Assembly (NCBI GenBank): GCA_963810545.1
Contig: CAWENE010000005.1
Location: 168,253-232,252, forward strand
Origin: an uncultured Acidobacteriaceae bacterium
Lineage (GTDB): Bacteria > Acidobacteriota > Terriglobia > Terriglobales > Acidobacteriaceae
Reading direction: 5' to 3'
DNA length: 64,000 bases
The notes beneath the pieces are model-generated. The model was given only the letters and a program-made list of their open reading frames with translations, did no database searches and was not told the origin of the DNA. Made by a program: the position numbers and the translations under genes. Positions 1 through 11,090 of this stretch are shown here, one piece after another (the first letter of the stretch is position 1; each line of letters starts with the position of its first letter).

Positions 1-19
1 CCAGGGTTCCAGCACTCAT
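1..19 (-). CDS. 5' end of a CDS running off the left edge (MSAGTL...)
   Basis: ATG at 19 preceded by a GGAGG SD (tcctcc at 31-36 on +); only 6 codons are visible. Confidence 0.4.
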
Positions 20-439
20 GATGGGTTCATTCCTCCAAAGTCTAGGTTGCCATAAGGGGCGGATCCGCGTTTGCAAGATCGTTTCCGCGACTTTGAACGC
101 TGACCTCTATCTCAGTGCAACCGAGCTGCGAGCGTAAGGGCGCGATTCGAACTTCGAAGCCGGTTTCTTTTCTCTAAACCCAATGTGCACTGGTGTTTAC
201 GGTGTCAGTCTATGAACGGCGGCCGTCGCTTATCTTCCTTTTGATCACCATGGTTGCCACCCGCTGAACGCACGTTGAGAATTGCCGGCATCGAACCGGC
301 AAAGACGCTGGACGATGAGTAAAAAACCGCACTGCGGCAGCCGCTAGGTTGCCCCGGCGATTACGAAAAGCGACACCCTCGTGCGTGGTTCTCTGGTTGC
401 ATCCTGCCCGCAACCCATCTAATATGCGTCAATTGAGTC

Positions 440-1996
440 ATGCCGCACGCTATTGCCATCGCGACTCCCACCCCTTCCCCTGCCACTCTCCGGCTGCGGG
501 TCGGCAAGGTGTGCGTCGCCATCCAAGGTGGATCGCCGGCCGAAATGGTGGATCGAGCAGAGGCTGCGCTGAAAGATGTGCGCTTCTTTGAGTTCCGCCT
601 CGACTCGCTGCCCAAGCCAACCATCGCAATCCCTTATCTGAAACAGTTTCTTTCAGAGCACCGGGATGTGACTGCAATTGCCACCTGCCGCCGCAAAGAA
701 TATGGCGGCAACTTCGCCGGAGCGCTGGCGGCCGAGCTGGCAATCCTGTCGGACGCCGCATCGGCCGGCTGCCAGATCGTCGACCTCGAAGTGGAGTCTG
801 CCGAAGAAGCCAAACCCGCACAGATCGCCAAGCTGCGGGCCTCGGGTGCCGCGCTGCTCGTCAGCTTTCACGATTTCACGCGCACGCGCAGCCTGGAGCA
901 GGTGGCCGATCGCATCGAGCGCTTCAAGCCTGAATACGTGAAAGTGGTTTCAACCGCGCGTTCCCTCGCGGACAATCTCGCCGTTCTCCGCCTGATAGAG
1001 GATCACTCGCTTTCATCGCACGTCGTGGGTATTGCCATGGGAGAAGAAGGCATTCTGAGCCGCGTGCTTGGCCCGCGCGCGGGCGCGGCCTTCACATTTG
1101 CCTCGCTCGCCGATGGCGTGGAGACGGCGTCCGGTCAAATGGCGGCGCGCACCTTGCTGGACGTCTATCGCATCGAGCATCTCGATCAGGCAACTCGCAT
1201 CTTTGGCGTGGCTGGCAATCCGATTGCACATTCTCTTTCGCCGCTCATGCACAACACCGCGTTTCGTCGCGAGATCGTGAATGCGGTGATGCTGCCCTTG
1301 AAGGCGCGTTCGCTTGACGATCTGCTCACGGTCGTCCGCGAATTGCCCTTGGCGGGCGTGGCCGTAACCATGCCGCTGAAAGAAGAAGTGCTCCCGCATC
1401 TCGCCAACATGGACCCGCTCACGGCGCGTATCGGCGCGTGCAACACGCTACGCACGGGAGCAGACGGGAAACTTTACGGATTCAACACCGATGTCGCCGG
1501 CATCATTCGTCCTCTCGAGAAGCGTCTGCGCCTGAAAGACACCCGCGTTGCCATCCTTGGCGCGGGAGGCGCGGCGCGTGCTGCGGTGTTTGCCTTGGTC
1601 GACCAGGGTGCAGAAGTCTTTGTCGTCAATCGTACGCATGAGAAGGCGGTCGCCCTTGCACGCCAGGCGAAGGCAAAATCGCTCAAACACGAGGTTTTCG
1701 CAAAGCAGCGCTTCGACGTGCTCATCAATTCCACGCCCTGCGGAATGAAAGGGAATAAGCAGGCATTGCCAATTGCTGAAAATGAGCTGAACGCCAGCCT
1801 GGTCTTCGATATGGTCTACAACCCCATCGAAACGCCGCTGCTGAAGCTCGCGCATTCACGCGGCATTGCAGTGGTCAGCGGCTTGGAAATGTTCGTGCAG
1901 CAGGGCGCGCGCCAGTTTGAAATCTGGACGGGCAAACCCGCCCCCGAAAACGAAATGCTTCGCGTAGTGGAACACGAGCTGCGTCGGCGCGTCTGA
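440..1996 (+). CDS. aroE: Bifunctional type I 3-dehydroquinate dehydratase / shikimate dehydrogenase
   Basis: N-terminal EFRLD, SFHDF and GIAMGEEG (DHQase I); C-terminal GNPIAHSLSP, VTMPLK, NTD, GAGGAARA, GLEMFVQQG (AroE). Confidence 0.93.
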   Translation: MPHAIAIATPTPSPATLRLRVGKVCVAIQGGSPAEMVDRAEAALKDVRFFEFRLDSLPKPTIAIPYLKQFLSEHRDVTAIATCRRKEYGGNFAGALAAELAILSDAASAGCQIVDLEVESAEEAKPAQIAKLRASGAALLVSFHDFTRTRSLEQVADRIERFKPEYVKVVSTARSLADNLAVLRLIEDHSLSSHVVGIAMGEEGILSRVLGPRAGAAFTFASLADGVETASGQMAARTLLDVYRIEHLDQATRIFGVAGNPIAHSLSPLMHNTAFRREIVNAVMLPLKARSLDDLLTVVRELPLAGVAVTMPLKEEVLPHLANMDPLTARIGACNTLRTGADGKLYGFNTDVAGIIRPLEKRLRLKDTRVAILGAGGAARAAVFALVDQGAEVFVVNRTHEKAVALARQAKAKSLKHEVFAKQRFDVLINSTPCGMKGNKQALPIAENELNASLVFDMVYNPIETPLLKLAHSRGIAVVSGLEMFVQQGARQFEIWTGKPAPENEMLRVVEHELRRRV

Positions 1997-2031
1997 GGCC
2001 GCATCGACACGGGAAATAGCCAGCTGCTGGT

Positions 2032-2772
2032 TTACGGTCCAGAAGAATTGCTTTGCTGGGTCAGCTTGTCTGCTCGCTGCTGAATCAACTTCTTCACGCG
2101 GGCGACACCTCCGTATTCGTGGAGAAGATTGAAGCCAAATCCCGTGCCGAATTTGATGCCATATCCCTCAAAACTCTTTCCAACGGACACGTTGTGTGCG
2201 GGCAAATAGGCATCGGCCAAGGCCGTCGACATCGCATAGCCGAGCAGGACCGCGTAGTTCGGCATCTGCGGTCCTCGGTCGCTGAATCCTACGAATTCGC
2301 TGCGCAATGCCCACCAGATTCTTGACTTCGCCGTTCCCGATCCTTTGCGAAAATAGCGCGGATCCTGGTGAAAGGCCGCGGGCACAACGGCCTGGGTAAA
2401 AAGAAAAGTCGAGGCAAGATTCGCGGCGTTGTACGCATAAAGTTGCGCGAAGCCGCGCCCACCCGGTGCATAAAACGGACCGACTCCCAGGGACCTGTCG
2501 AACAAACTCGTCACACCTGCGCGAATCGGGGAAGATAAATCGATCGTCGAGCGATAGGCCAGTTCGAATTTCTGCCTTGCGCGCAGCGGAGGCACAGACG
2601 TGTCAGGATCGTGCACGGTGTCGTATCCGGCAAAGAGGATCAACGCGCGGTTGTGCGGAATAGGCGCCTCAGGCAGCGAAGGGTCAATCGGCGCCTGCGC
2701 CGATGCGCTGTGCAGGCCAAGAGAACAGGCAAAAAAAGCGCACAAGACGAACGTTACAAATCGTGGATTCAA
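2032..2772 (-). CDS. Hypothetical exported/membrane protein
   Basis: Signal-peptide-like segment, then SLPEAP and HQDPRYFRKGSG motifs; the TTG start at 2772 is a guess (ORF is open to 2901). Confidence 0.65.
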   Translation of the reverse strand: MNPRFVTFVLCAFFACSLGLHSASAQAPIDPSLPEAPIPHNRALILFAGYDTVHDPDTSVPPLRARQKFELAYRSTIDLSSPIRAGVTSLFDRSLGVGPFYAPGGRGFAQLYAYNAANLASTFLFTQAVVPAAFHQDPRYFRKGSGTAKSRIWWALRSEFVGFSDRGPQMPNYAVLLGYAMSTALADAYLPAHNVSVGKSFEGYGIKFGTGFGFNLLHEYGGVARVKKLIQQRADKLTQQSNSSGP

Positions 2773-3041
2773 AATGCACCCTCGGCATGGAACACCCTGC
2801 GGAATTTGAATCTTGCAACGCACATTGGGTTGCACCAACCAACTCCACCGAGATCCCGGAATAAAGGGCAGCCGATTGCCTTCGATGGTCCGCCAAGCCA
2901 ATGATCGTTAGGCAGGTTCGCTCTTCTATTGCCGCATTGCGAGGGTGCTAGACTTCCACTGCATTCAATCCCAGTCAAAACTCGCTTTGAATTCTTGCGA
3001 ATTCAGGGTGTAGGAGCGGCCTGGGACCACGGAGACAATCA

Positions 3042-4457
3042 ATGCAGAGCCTGTTCCCAACTTCGTCCTTGACCCGGCGGCGTTTCTTGAAAACCGCTGG
3101 CGCGGCGGTCGCTCTCTCGCGCAGCGACTGGGCGCGCAGCAGCCGCGCATCCGCATCCAATCGCATCACCATCGGCGTCATCGGGTGGGGCATGATGGGA
3201 CCGGCCAACACCAAGGCGTTTCTCGGGGAGGGGGACTGCCAGGTGGTCGCCGCGTGCGACCTGCACAAGAAACATCTGCAGACCGCGGTCGACACGATCA
3301 ACGCCAGCTACGGGAACAAAGATTGCAAAGCATATCACGACTACCGCGAATTGCTCGCGCGCGACGATATCGATGCAATCATGATTGCCATTCCGGACCA
3401 GTGGCACGCTATCGTCGCCACTGAAGCGGCGGCACGCAAGAAAGACATTTACGGCGAGAAGCCGCTGGCGCGCACCATCGCGGAACAGCAAGCCATCGTG
3501 AAAGCCGTACAACAGAATAACGTCATCTGGCAGACCGGCTCGTGGCAGCGCTCGCTGCCGCAATTTCACAAAGCGGCAGAGATTGTCCGCAACGGCCTTA
3601 TCGGAACGGTCACGCACGTCGAAGTGGGTTTGCCCGGCGGGCATCATGATTTTCCCGGCACCGTTCCTGCGTTGCTCGCGAAGCTTTCGTCTCTTCCCGA
3701 CAAGATCAGCAGCCCCGCCCAGATCGTTCCCGGAACCGCAGCATGGAACCTCGCCGTCACCGAGCCACCTGCGGATCTCGATTACGACCGATGGATCGGC
3801 CCATCCAAAATGGAGCCCTACATCGAAGCACGCGTTTATCAAAACTGGCGTTGGAACTACAACACTGGCGGCGGTCAGTTGATGGACTGGATCGGCCACC
3901 ACGGAGACATCGCGCATTGGGGCATGGGCTTCGATCTCTCCGGCCCATCGGAAGTCGAAGGCCACGGCGAGTTCCCTGCAACGAATGCAGTATGGAATAC
4001 GGCCACCAAATACTCAGTCGAGTGCACGTACCGCAAGGAAGTCACACAGTATCCCGCCGACGTCACAATGACCATCGCCGGCGGTTCTCCCGCGATCAGC
4101 ATGGGCACCAAGTGGATTGGCACCGATGGATGGGTGTGGGTCGATCGCAGCGGCTTCGACGCGTCCAATCCCGAATGGGTGAAGGGCGATTCGTTGCCAG
4201 ACGATCTACGCAAGGTGAAGTTGTACGAATCGCACGAGCATCGGCGCAACTTCCTCGACAGCGTGAAATCACGCAAGCCAACAATCACGCCGGTCGAGGT
4301 CGCACACCATTCCACAATACCCGGCCATCTCGGCCTGATCTCGATGCTCGTCGGCCGCAAAATTCATTGGGATGTTGCGCAGGAAACAATTCTCAACGAC
4401 CCTGGTGCGAGCGAGCTACTTTCGCGTCCGTATCGGGATCCGTGGAAACTCGCTTAA
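3042..4457 (+). CDS. Gfo/Idh/MocA family oxidoreductase with Tat signal
   Basis: TRRRFLK twin-arginine motif; IGVIGWGMMG, PDQWHA, YGEKPL, DWIGHHGD. Confidence 0.9.
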   Translation: MQSLFPTSSLTRRRFLKTAGAAVALSRSDWARSSRASASNRITIGVIGWGMMGPANTKAFLGEGDCQVVAACDLHKKHLQTAVDTINASYGNKDCKAYHDYRELLARDDIDAIMIAIPDQWHAIVATEAAARKKDIYGEKPLARTIAEQQAIVKAVQQNNVIWQTGSWQRSLPQFHKAAEIVRNGLIGTVTHVEVGLPGGHHDFPGTVPALLAKLSSLPDKISSPAQIVPGTAAWNLAVTEPPADLDYDRWIGPSKMEPYIEARVYQNWRWNYNTGGGQLMDWIGHHGDIAHWGMGFDLSGPSEVEGHGEFPATNAVWNTATKYSVECTYRKEVTQYPADVTMTIAGGSPAISMGTKWIGTDGWVWVDRSGFDASNPEWVKGDSLPDDLRKVKLYESHEHRRNFLDSVKSRKPTITPVEVAHHSTIPGHLGLISMLVGRKIHWDVAQETILNDPGASELLSRPYRDPWKLA

Positions 4458-4468
4458 AGAAGGGGCCC

Positions 4469-5701
4469 CTATTTGCGCCTCTTGGCCTTCGCCGCCTTTG
4501 CCTTCTCGGCCTTTTCGCCGGGCTCATGCATGGTGGGGATCGGCGCCATGTCCGGCCCGATCCGCCGCACCGACGTGTCGCGCATCGCGTACGTAATCGT
4601 CCGCGGAGCCACAGGCCGTGCAATGCCGGTGCCGGGCTCGATGGCAAGATCCGGCGAGCTGGAAACCAGGAAGCTGAAAACCGGTTCGGTCCCCTTCGCC
4701 CCCTGCTCCGTGGCGACCTTCACCGGTAGGAAGCCCTGGATGGGATGAATGCGAAAGGCAGTTTCGTAGCGATGCTTCTTCACGCTCCAGGTAAAGACGC
4801 GAATCTGGTCGAAGTCGAAAGGCAGTCCCGCCTTTAGAGGGGCAAGGGCAGTCACGTACTCCGCAACCTCGTGGTCCGCCGTGTTCGCTTCATCGTCGTG
4901 GACTTTGGCAAGAACATAGGCGCCGATGATCCGCTGACCTTCTGCGTACTGCGCCACATCGTCGGGCACATCTACATCCACGCGGCTCCCGAGCACCCAT
5001 CCGGCACGTCCCTGGTTGTCTCGAATGAGCCACCAGTCTTCAAGCACGGGCGGCTCCGCTTCCGGCTGGGAAGGCTTTGCCAGGTCAGAAGCCGACTTGC
5101 CTGCGGGACCCCGTTCGACGCTGACTGGAGTCGCGCCGATTCTCTTGCCTGAATTCTCACGCGGGAAAACCGAAACAGCCGAAGGAGCGGTCGCCTTCAC
5201 TACCGAAGCGCGCACCAGCATTTGCACCTTGATGTTGCCGGCTAGCAGGTAGAAGCGATCGGTCTCGCGGCCTGGGCTCACATGCAGATAGATGTCGTCG
5301 CGCAACGTGCCTGTCGCAACCACGGGATCGTTCTTGTGCTGGTTCGCAAGTTGCACAAAGGCGTCGTAAGCCTTGGAGTCAATCACAGCGCGATCGGGAA
5401 TCCAGCCAACTTCGTTCTGGGGCGTCTTCACCCGGTAGAAACGCCGTCCGCGCTCCAGCACCTCGAGAGGTTCGCCGTTTGTCACCTCACCTACGCGGTT
5501 GGAGACGGCGGCAACGCGATCGCGCAGATACATCTGCCGGGTCCAGACGTAGACCGTCTCGTGCTGCTCCTGTCGAAGCTTCAACCTGGAACAACCCACC
5601 GCAAGTGTAAGGAAGGAAAGGACCAAGATACAAAATAGCCTGGATCTTTGACTCCTGACGAGGGGGGCATCTGGAATCGGAAATCGCGTCAATGCGGCCA
5701 C
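4469..5701 (-). CDS. SH3-domain-containing putative lipoprotein
   Basis: LAVGC lipobox; SH3b-like segments LEVLERGRRFYRVKT..EVGWI and WWLIRDNQGRAGWV. Confidence 0.7.
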   Translation of the reverse strand: MAALTRFPIPDAPLVRSQRSRLFCILVLSFLTLAVGCSRLKLRQEQHETVYVWTRQMYLRDRVAAVSNRVGEVTNGEPLEVLERGRRFYRVKTPQNEVGWIPDRAVIDSKAYDAFVQLANQHKNDPVVATGTLRDDIYLHVSPGRETDRFYLLAGNIKVQMLVRASVVKATAPSAVSVFPRENSGKRIGATPVSVERGPAGKSASDLAKPSQPEAEPPVLEDWWLIRDNQGRAGWVLGSRVDVDVPDDVAQYAEGQRIIGAYVLAKVHDDEANTADHEVAEYVTALAPLKAGLPFDFDQIRVFTWSVKKHRYETAFRIHPIQGFLPVKVATEQGAKGTEPVFSFLVSSSPDLAIEPGTGIARPVAPRTITYAMRDTSVRRIGPDMAPIPTMHEPGEKAEKAKAAKAKRRK

Positions 5702-5839
5702 GGGTCTTCTTTTTCAGAATAGCACCGGGCATGGGCGGAGACGATGCCCCGCGGCGAAGCGTCCGGGAATGGTAACCCGCGATGCAACAGGAAGCTTGAC
5801 CAGCGCCCAGGTTGAAAAAATGGACTGGCGGATTCTTTC

Positions 5840-7369
5840 TTACGGCGCAGCGACAATCGCGCTCGCCTGCACCGGATCGGTCCCCGTGACCGCCGAGACC
5901 GCGCTATCGAGGTAGCCGGCATTCGTCGAATCGAATGTATATCCCTTCAAATCCGGGCTGCCCCCGTAATCCACCGCGAACACAAAAGTTCCGGTGCTGT
6001 CCTCGGCCAAAGCGACCGGATTGGTTCCGACAGTAAAGCTGCTGCCCAAGGCCGTCAGCGAATAGCTGCTGCTGCTCGTGGCGATCGAGAATCCCGCAAT
6101 CACTCCCGTAGAACTGCCGCTCACTTGCCGATTGACCACGTACACGTAGTTTCCCGTCGAGATAGGCAGAATCGAGTAAGGGGCCAGACCCGCGCTCGCG
6201 AAGGGTGAACCGGAGATCTCCTTCAAACCGCTGCCAAGAGTGCTGAAGTTGAAGGCGCGCAGCCCGCCAGAGTTGGAGCCGCTGGTGGCCACGGTTTCGC
6301 CGACGTAGAAAAGCCGCGGGGTCGTTTGTCCGGATTGGAGTGGATCGACCGCGACGGAGAGTGCGGCTCCGGCGGAGTTGATTGTGGGAATGTGGGTCAC
6401 CACGGAGCCAAACGGGGCCGCGTTACCGGTGATGAAGGGAACTGCCTCTGTGCCGCCGGCCCCCATGGCAACGAAGACATAGGTTCCGTCGGGCGAGATA
6501 GCGACTTGGTTCACGCTTTCTGCGGGCAGCGCGACGAACTGTTCTTTCTCGGACGTGGACGAAAGTGTGCCGTTGGATGAGTTGATGGGGATTGCGTAGA
6601 CGTAGTATGCACCCGATTGGATCTCGATCAGCCAGTTGTTGTCCGGGCTTACCTGCATACTGATCGCCTGATCCTGGGAGATCGGAGTGGAGCTGACGAG
6701 TGTGAGCTGTCCCGACGAGATTGTATAGTCGAAGATTCCGCCGGCAGTGCTGATGTAAAGGAAAGCTCCGTTGGGAGCGATGGCTATGGAGAGGGGTGTA
6801 GCAGCGGGGAGCTTTAGATTATTGAAAAGCTGGGTGAGGGCCCCCGACTTGACGTAGTAGCCAGCCACCTGATCTGTGGCTGCATTCAGGACGTAGAAGT
6901 TGCCGCTGGTGTTGGCATTGGAGCCGCAACTGCCCGAGGCAGTTCCTACTATCACACAGGCCGTGGTGGTGGTCGTAGCACTCCCTGAGGTGCCGGTCAC
7001 CGTAATTTCATACGTGCCGGTAGTCGTAGTGGAGGTCGTGCTTGCACTCAGCGTCGAGGTTTGCGCGGTCGAACTGCTAAACGTAACCGATGTCGGAGAA
7101 AGACTGCACGTAACGGGGCTTGTAGCGCTCGACGGCGACGTGGTGACCGCGCAGGTAAGTGCGACCGTCCCGGTAAACGAGCTCGATGGCGTTACGGTAA
7201 TCGTGGAGGTGTTGCCTGAGGTAGCGCCCGGGCTGCTCACACTGATCTTGCCGCTGTTCGAGAGGGTGAAATCGGAGGAGCCGGTCGGATCCCAAAAGCC
7301 CTTGCAGCCTACCAGAAGCAGAGGCATCGCCAGTGCCAGTCTCCACCACGCTTGTCTCATCTTCGTCAT
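5840..7369 (-). CDS. Ser/Thr-rich lipoprotein with lactonase-like beta-propeller
   Basis: LLVGC lipobox after MTKMRQ; Ig-like S/T-rich region; propeller repeats IAIAPNGAFLY, VAISPDGTYVFV. Confidence 0.75.
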   Translation of the reverse strand: MTKMRQAWWRLALAMPLLLVGCKGFWDPTGSSDFTLSNSGKISVSSPGATSGNTSTITVTPSSSFTGTVALTCAVTTSPSSATSPVTCSLSPTSVTFSSSTAQTSTLSASTTSTTTTGTYEITVTGTSGSATTTTTACVIVGTASGSCGSNANTSGNFYVLNAATDQVAGYYVKSGALTQLFNNLKLPAATPLSIAIAPNGAFLYISTAGGIFDYTISSGQLTLVSSTPISQDQAISMQVSPDNNWLIEIQSGAYYVYAIPINSSNGTLSSTSEKEQFVALPAESVNQVAISPDGTYVFVAMGAGGTEAVPFITGNAAPFGSVVTHIPTINSAGAALSVAVDPLQSGQTTPRLFYVGETVATSGSNSGGLRAFNFSTLGSGLKEISGSPFASAGLAPYSILPISTGNYVYVVNRQVSGSSTGVIAGFSIATSSSSYSLTALGSSFTVGTNPVALAEDSTGTFVFAVDYGGSPDLKGYTFDSTNAGYLDSAVSAVTGTDPVQASAIVAAP

Positions 7370-7702
7370 TTTCCGCCAAGCTTCTGCTTGAACAGAGTAT
7401 CGCCTTCGCCCAGAATTCACACACACCGCCCATGTGCAAAGAGAAAAGATCTCGAGTCCTGAGAGGAAAGACGCGGGACTTCTCGATTTCGCTTGCACAT
7501 GGCAGAGCGTCGCCAGGCGGAACGCGGTCCTCAAGGATTCGCTCGGCGCAATTGCTTTTAACCGGCCTTTGGCGGTAAGACACCTTACCCCGACTATAGG
7601 ATCGGCACATAAAAAGCAATGGCAGCGCCGCAAAAGCGCTGCCAATCACTCTCAATTTCGAATCATCCGGTGCCAAATCGTTTCTTGAAAATCCGAATCC
7701 CG

Positions 7703-8368
7703 TTATGCCCCCTGGGGCGCGATCGCCAGCAGCAATTCACTCCCGTCCGCCAGCTTCACGTCGTCCTTCTTCGTTGTTACAAATACGCCCGAATTGTTTC
7801 CGGCGATTCGACTATGAAGATCGACGCCAGATAATGCGTTGATTTGGTCCACTTGCAACGTTTTCGCGTTCCAGCTATTCGGCATCTGATCGCCGGCCAT
7901 AACGTTATAGCCTTCGTTGTTTTGCGCTTCCGGCGCAACAACTCCGACAATTGTTGCCTTGATGGGAATTACCTTCCCGTCTTTCAATTCGGCCTTGGTA
8001 AAGTCGAGTGCGAGCTTCGACTTGCCTTGCTGCACATTATCCGTTGCCACTACTCCCCAAAGGGTAGTTCCGTGTGGCAGCGCCATCCCGTCTTTCAGAT
8101 GGACGGTGTCGGCGAGCTGGACTTTGAACTGTTCACCCGGCCTCATCTTGTTCGCATCCAGCTTCTCTTTCAAAGCTGCGCGCGCCGGCACCATCTTCAT
8201 TGCTTCGTTTTCTCCCATCTTCAGGCTACTGCCTGTCATCGAAGAATTTCCTGTGGCTCGCGTATTGACCGCTCCATCCGACGAACTCTGCGCCAGCGCA
8301 AAGCAGGGCGAAAGAAGAGCCAAAGAAACCGCCGCGATCGTAAATTTTGCAGTTGATCCATTCTTCAT
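7703..8368 (-). CDS. Hypothetical secreted protein
   Basis: Signal peptide ending ALA-Q; GGAG SD; beta-rich body. Confidence 0.7.
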   Translation of the reverse strand: MKNGSTAKFTIAAVSLALLSPCFALAQSSSDGAVNTRATGNSSMTGSSLKMGENEAMKMVPARAALKEKLDANKMRPGEQFKVQLADTVHLKDGMALPHGTTLWGVVATDNVQQGKSKLALDFTKAELKDGKVIPIKATIVGVVAPEAQNNEGYNVMAGDQMPNSWNAKTLQVDQINALSGVDLHSRIAGNNSGVFVTTKKDDVKLADGSELLLAIAPQGA

Positions 8369-8559
8369 AGCAACTACTCCTGTGATTCAGAATTGCTTCC
8401 GCCTCCGTTGGATCTTCTCAACTGACTGGAGGTTGTTTCATCTAATTAGAGGAGCAATCGATAGGTCGAGTTTCCCTGCTAAGCCGCCGCGATACGACGG
8501 AATCCCTAACTCGTTTCGCTAAGTGATTGCATCCGGTTAAGTTAGGTCGCGGTCTTAAG

Positions 8560-9495
8560 TTATGTTAAGTTTCGAGATGCGATGGTCTCCCATACAAGCC
8601 GAGCTGCAGTCAAATCCTCAATTGCCATTCCAACCGACTTGAAAAGTATTCTTCCGCTCCGCGGGATTGCCAATGCCTCTGACCCGGGCAGTATCTTGCC
8701 AATCTCACTTTCGATTTTTGCGCCGGAACACCGGACGTCGCCTGACTCCCTTTCCACGCACGAGCGGGATTCCGCGATAACGAAACTTGAATGCATCACC
8801 TCGTCATCAAGTTCGCGCAAGGTCGAACCCGTAGCTCCAACAGCAAGCACAAGTGCATTCGCCGCAAGCCAACGGCCACGCAGAACCGGTTCAGAAGCCG
8901 AAGTCACAGTCAAAACGACATCTGCCGCAGCCGCCTGCTCCACTGCGACGGGTTGAGCACCGATCTTCAACGCAAGCCGGACTGCATTCTCCTGCGTTCT
9001 ACTCCAGATGCGAATCTCGTCAAGCTCGGGCCAAACGTGACGCAGTGCCTCGATATGCGCCAGCGCCTGGACACCCGATCCAAGGATGCCGAGGCTTTTC
9101 GGCGGCTTCGCAAAGTGAAGAGGAGAAAGCGCCGCAAAAGCGACCGCGGAAACCGCCGCAGTGCGCATCTCGGTAATCAAACGGCCGTCCATTACCGCAA
9201 GCGGCTCACCACTGGAGCGGCGCAAAAGCTCAATCATCGCCATGTGCGTGGGCAGGTCTCTTGTGGCGTTCTCGGGGTAGAACGTTACCGTCTTCACTCC
9301 CATCCAATCGCCGGCGATCACGGGCATTACAGCGAACCAGCCGTTCGTCGCGCCTTGCGCGTCACCCGCGCGAAGAATAACGCGCGGCGGTTGCTCAACC
9401 AGCCCGGCAGCATAATCTATGAGAGCCTGACGAATTGCGGGAATCAGAGCGCGATAGCTGAGATGCTTCCGCACTTGCTGCTCGGCGATGTACAA
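8560..9495 (-). CDS. Ornithine cyclodeaminase / mu-crystallin family protein
   Basis: GVKTVTFYPEN, ITEMRTAAVS, GILGSGVQA, FKSVGMAIED. Confidence 0.9.
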   Translation of the reverse strand: MYIAEQQVRKHLSYRALIPAIRQALIDYAAGLVEQPPRVILRAGDAQGATNGWFAVMPVIAGDWMGVKTVTFYPENATRDLPTHMAMIELLRRSSGEPLAVMDGRLITEMRTAAVSAVAFAALSPLHFAKPPKSLGILGSGVQALAHIEALRHVWPELDEIRIWSRTQENAVRLALKIGAQPVAVEQAAAADVVLTVTSASEPVLRGRWLAANALVLAVGATGSTLRELDDEVMHSSFVIAESRSCVERESGDVRCSGAKIESEIGKILPGSEALAIPRSGRILFKSVGMAIEDLTAARLVWETIASRNLT

Positions 9496-9530
9496 GGGGC
9501 GAACCCTCTCGACGAGCTAAAAGCTCGCGG

Positions 9531-9971
9531 TCAGTTGGGGCGATTGCTCGAATTCGAGCGGCGGCGAAAGCGCTCGTCAACGGGCTGGCGTCCCTGAAAT
9601 CCTGCGTCGAAGGTGTGCCAGTGCTCGATCGCGGTCTCTCCCATGCGCCAGCAGAGGAGGACAACTTCGTCGTCGACGCGGCAGGGGAAATCGAGGAGCC
9701 CGGCGTCAAGATCCTTCACCTGCACACCGATGGCATCGATCTCCGCCACGGTCTCCCGCATGCGCGTTGTGTGGCTCTCCACTTCCGCGCGCTGCTTGGC
9801 AACCTTGCCGACATTCACATACATTCCGCCGGCAACATAAATGCGCTGTGCCAGCGCGGAAAGGTCCGCTTCCACCTGCTCTGCCGCCTTTTTGCTTTCA
9901 AGGGCGCGCTTCAGCAAGGATTCCAACACGGGGAGCAGGGATTGCGCTTCGTCGAGGGTAAAGGTCTTCAT
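9531..9971 (-). CDS. DUF2203 family protein
   Basis: FTLDEAQSLLP ... VKDLDAGLLDFP ... LLCWRMGE ... HW ... GFQGRQP. Confidence 0.85.
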   Translation of the reverse strand: MKTFTLDEAQSLLPVLESLLKRALESKKAAEQVEADLSALAQRIYVAGGMYVNVGKVAKQRAEVESHTTRMRETVAEIDAIGVQVKDLDAGLLDFPCRVDDEVVLLCWRMGETAIEHWHTFDAGFQGRQPVDERFRRRSNSSNRPN

Positions 9972-10192
9972 GGGATTCGTTCCTCTCAGGATACGACGAA
10001 ATGTACCGCCGCAACCAGTGATTCTCCGCATGACCAGCAGTTACCAGCGATGGAAAACCAAGGTACTAAATGTGCAAAACAAGGTACGCAAGGGCGGTCG
10101 CGCCATGCCCAAGTGCCTTTACATAATTCGATGCAGATCGAAGGCAGCGCGTAACAGAATTTGCGCATGAACGCTGCGATTCTGCCGATATG

Positions 10193-11077
10193 CTAGTTCG
10201 GCGCCCCGCGAACAGCCTCTCTGTCTGCAGCAACCCAGGATGCGAAGGCGCAGACCGCGATGATGGTTCCGATGATGGCAAGCGAAAGCGTGATGGGCAC
10301 ATCGACCCAGCGCGCGGCCAGCATCTTGAAGGCGACGAAAGCCAAAAGCACACCCAGACCGTAGTGCAGGTAGCGGAAGCGATCGAGCAGCGCCGCGAGT
10401 GCGAAATAGAGCGAACGCAGCCCGAGAATTGCCGCAATGTTCGAGGTGTAGACGATGAACGGATCGTGTGAGACAGCCAGCACGGCGGGGATCGAGTCTA
10501 CCGCGAAAAGCAAGTCAGTCACTTCAACGGCAATGATCACCGGCAGAAGCGAGCCCTTCGCCGGTTGCATTCGGCGAATCCAATTCGGAATAGCCGCATG
10601 TGCCGAACCGCCGCGGACCAATCTGAACGCCGCAATCAGAAGGACGAGCCCGAAGACCCACGAAATCCAATGGAAGTGCGTTAGCAACGTGACGCCAGTA
10701 GCAATGAAGAGCCCGCGCAAAACAACCGCGCCGGCCACGCCCCACAGGAGCGCGCGATGCTGTCGCGCAGTATCGATGCGGAATCCCTGAAACAGGACCA
10801 GAAAGATAAAGAGATTGTCGATGCTGAGCGACGTCTCGATCGTGTACCCGGCGACAAACTCAAGCGCCCGCTGCCGGCCCTGCACCACACCTATCCACGC
10901 CGCGAATACAGCGGCAGCCAGCACCAGCACCGCCGTCCAGAGCCATGCGGCCGTCTGCGTCCGTGGAGCATCGCGCGGCCGTGCCGGCAACTTTGCATCG
11001 ACGACGAGCAACAGGACCACGGCTACGTGGAACCCGAGCCACCAAACCCACGATGCGCCGGCAATCATAAGTGCCAT
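10193..11077 (-). CDS. TerC/Alx family metal homeostasis membrane protein
   Basis: GYTIETSLSIDNLFIF, EVTDLLFAVDSIPA, FIVYTSNIAAILGLRSLYF. Confidence 0.92.
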   Translation of the reverse strand: MALMIAGASWVWWLGFHVAVVLLLVVDAKLPARPRDAPRTQTAAWLWTAVLVLAAAVFAAWIGVVQGRQRALEFVAGYTIETSLSIDNLFIFLVLFQGFRIDTARQHRALLWGVAGAVVLRGLFIATGVTLLTHFHWISWVFGLVLLIAAFRLVRGGSAHAAIPNWIRRMQPAKGSLLPVIIAVEVTDLLFAVDSIPAVLAVSHDPFIVYTSNIAAILGLRSLYFALAALLDRFRYLHYGLGVLLAFVAFKMLAARWVDVPITLSLAIIGTIIAVCAFASWVAADREAVRGAPN

Positions 11078-11090
11078 GCTAGCGCATGGC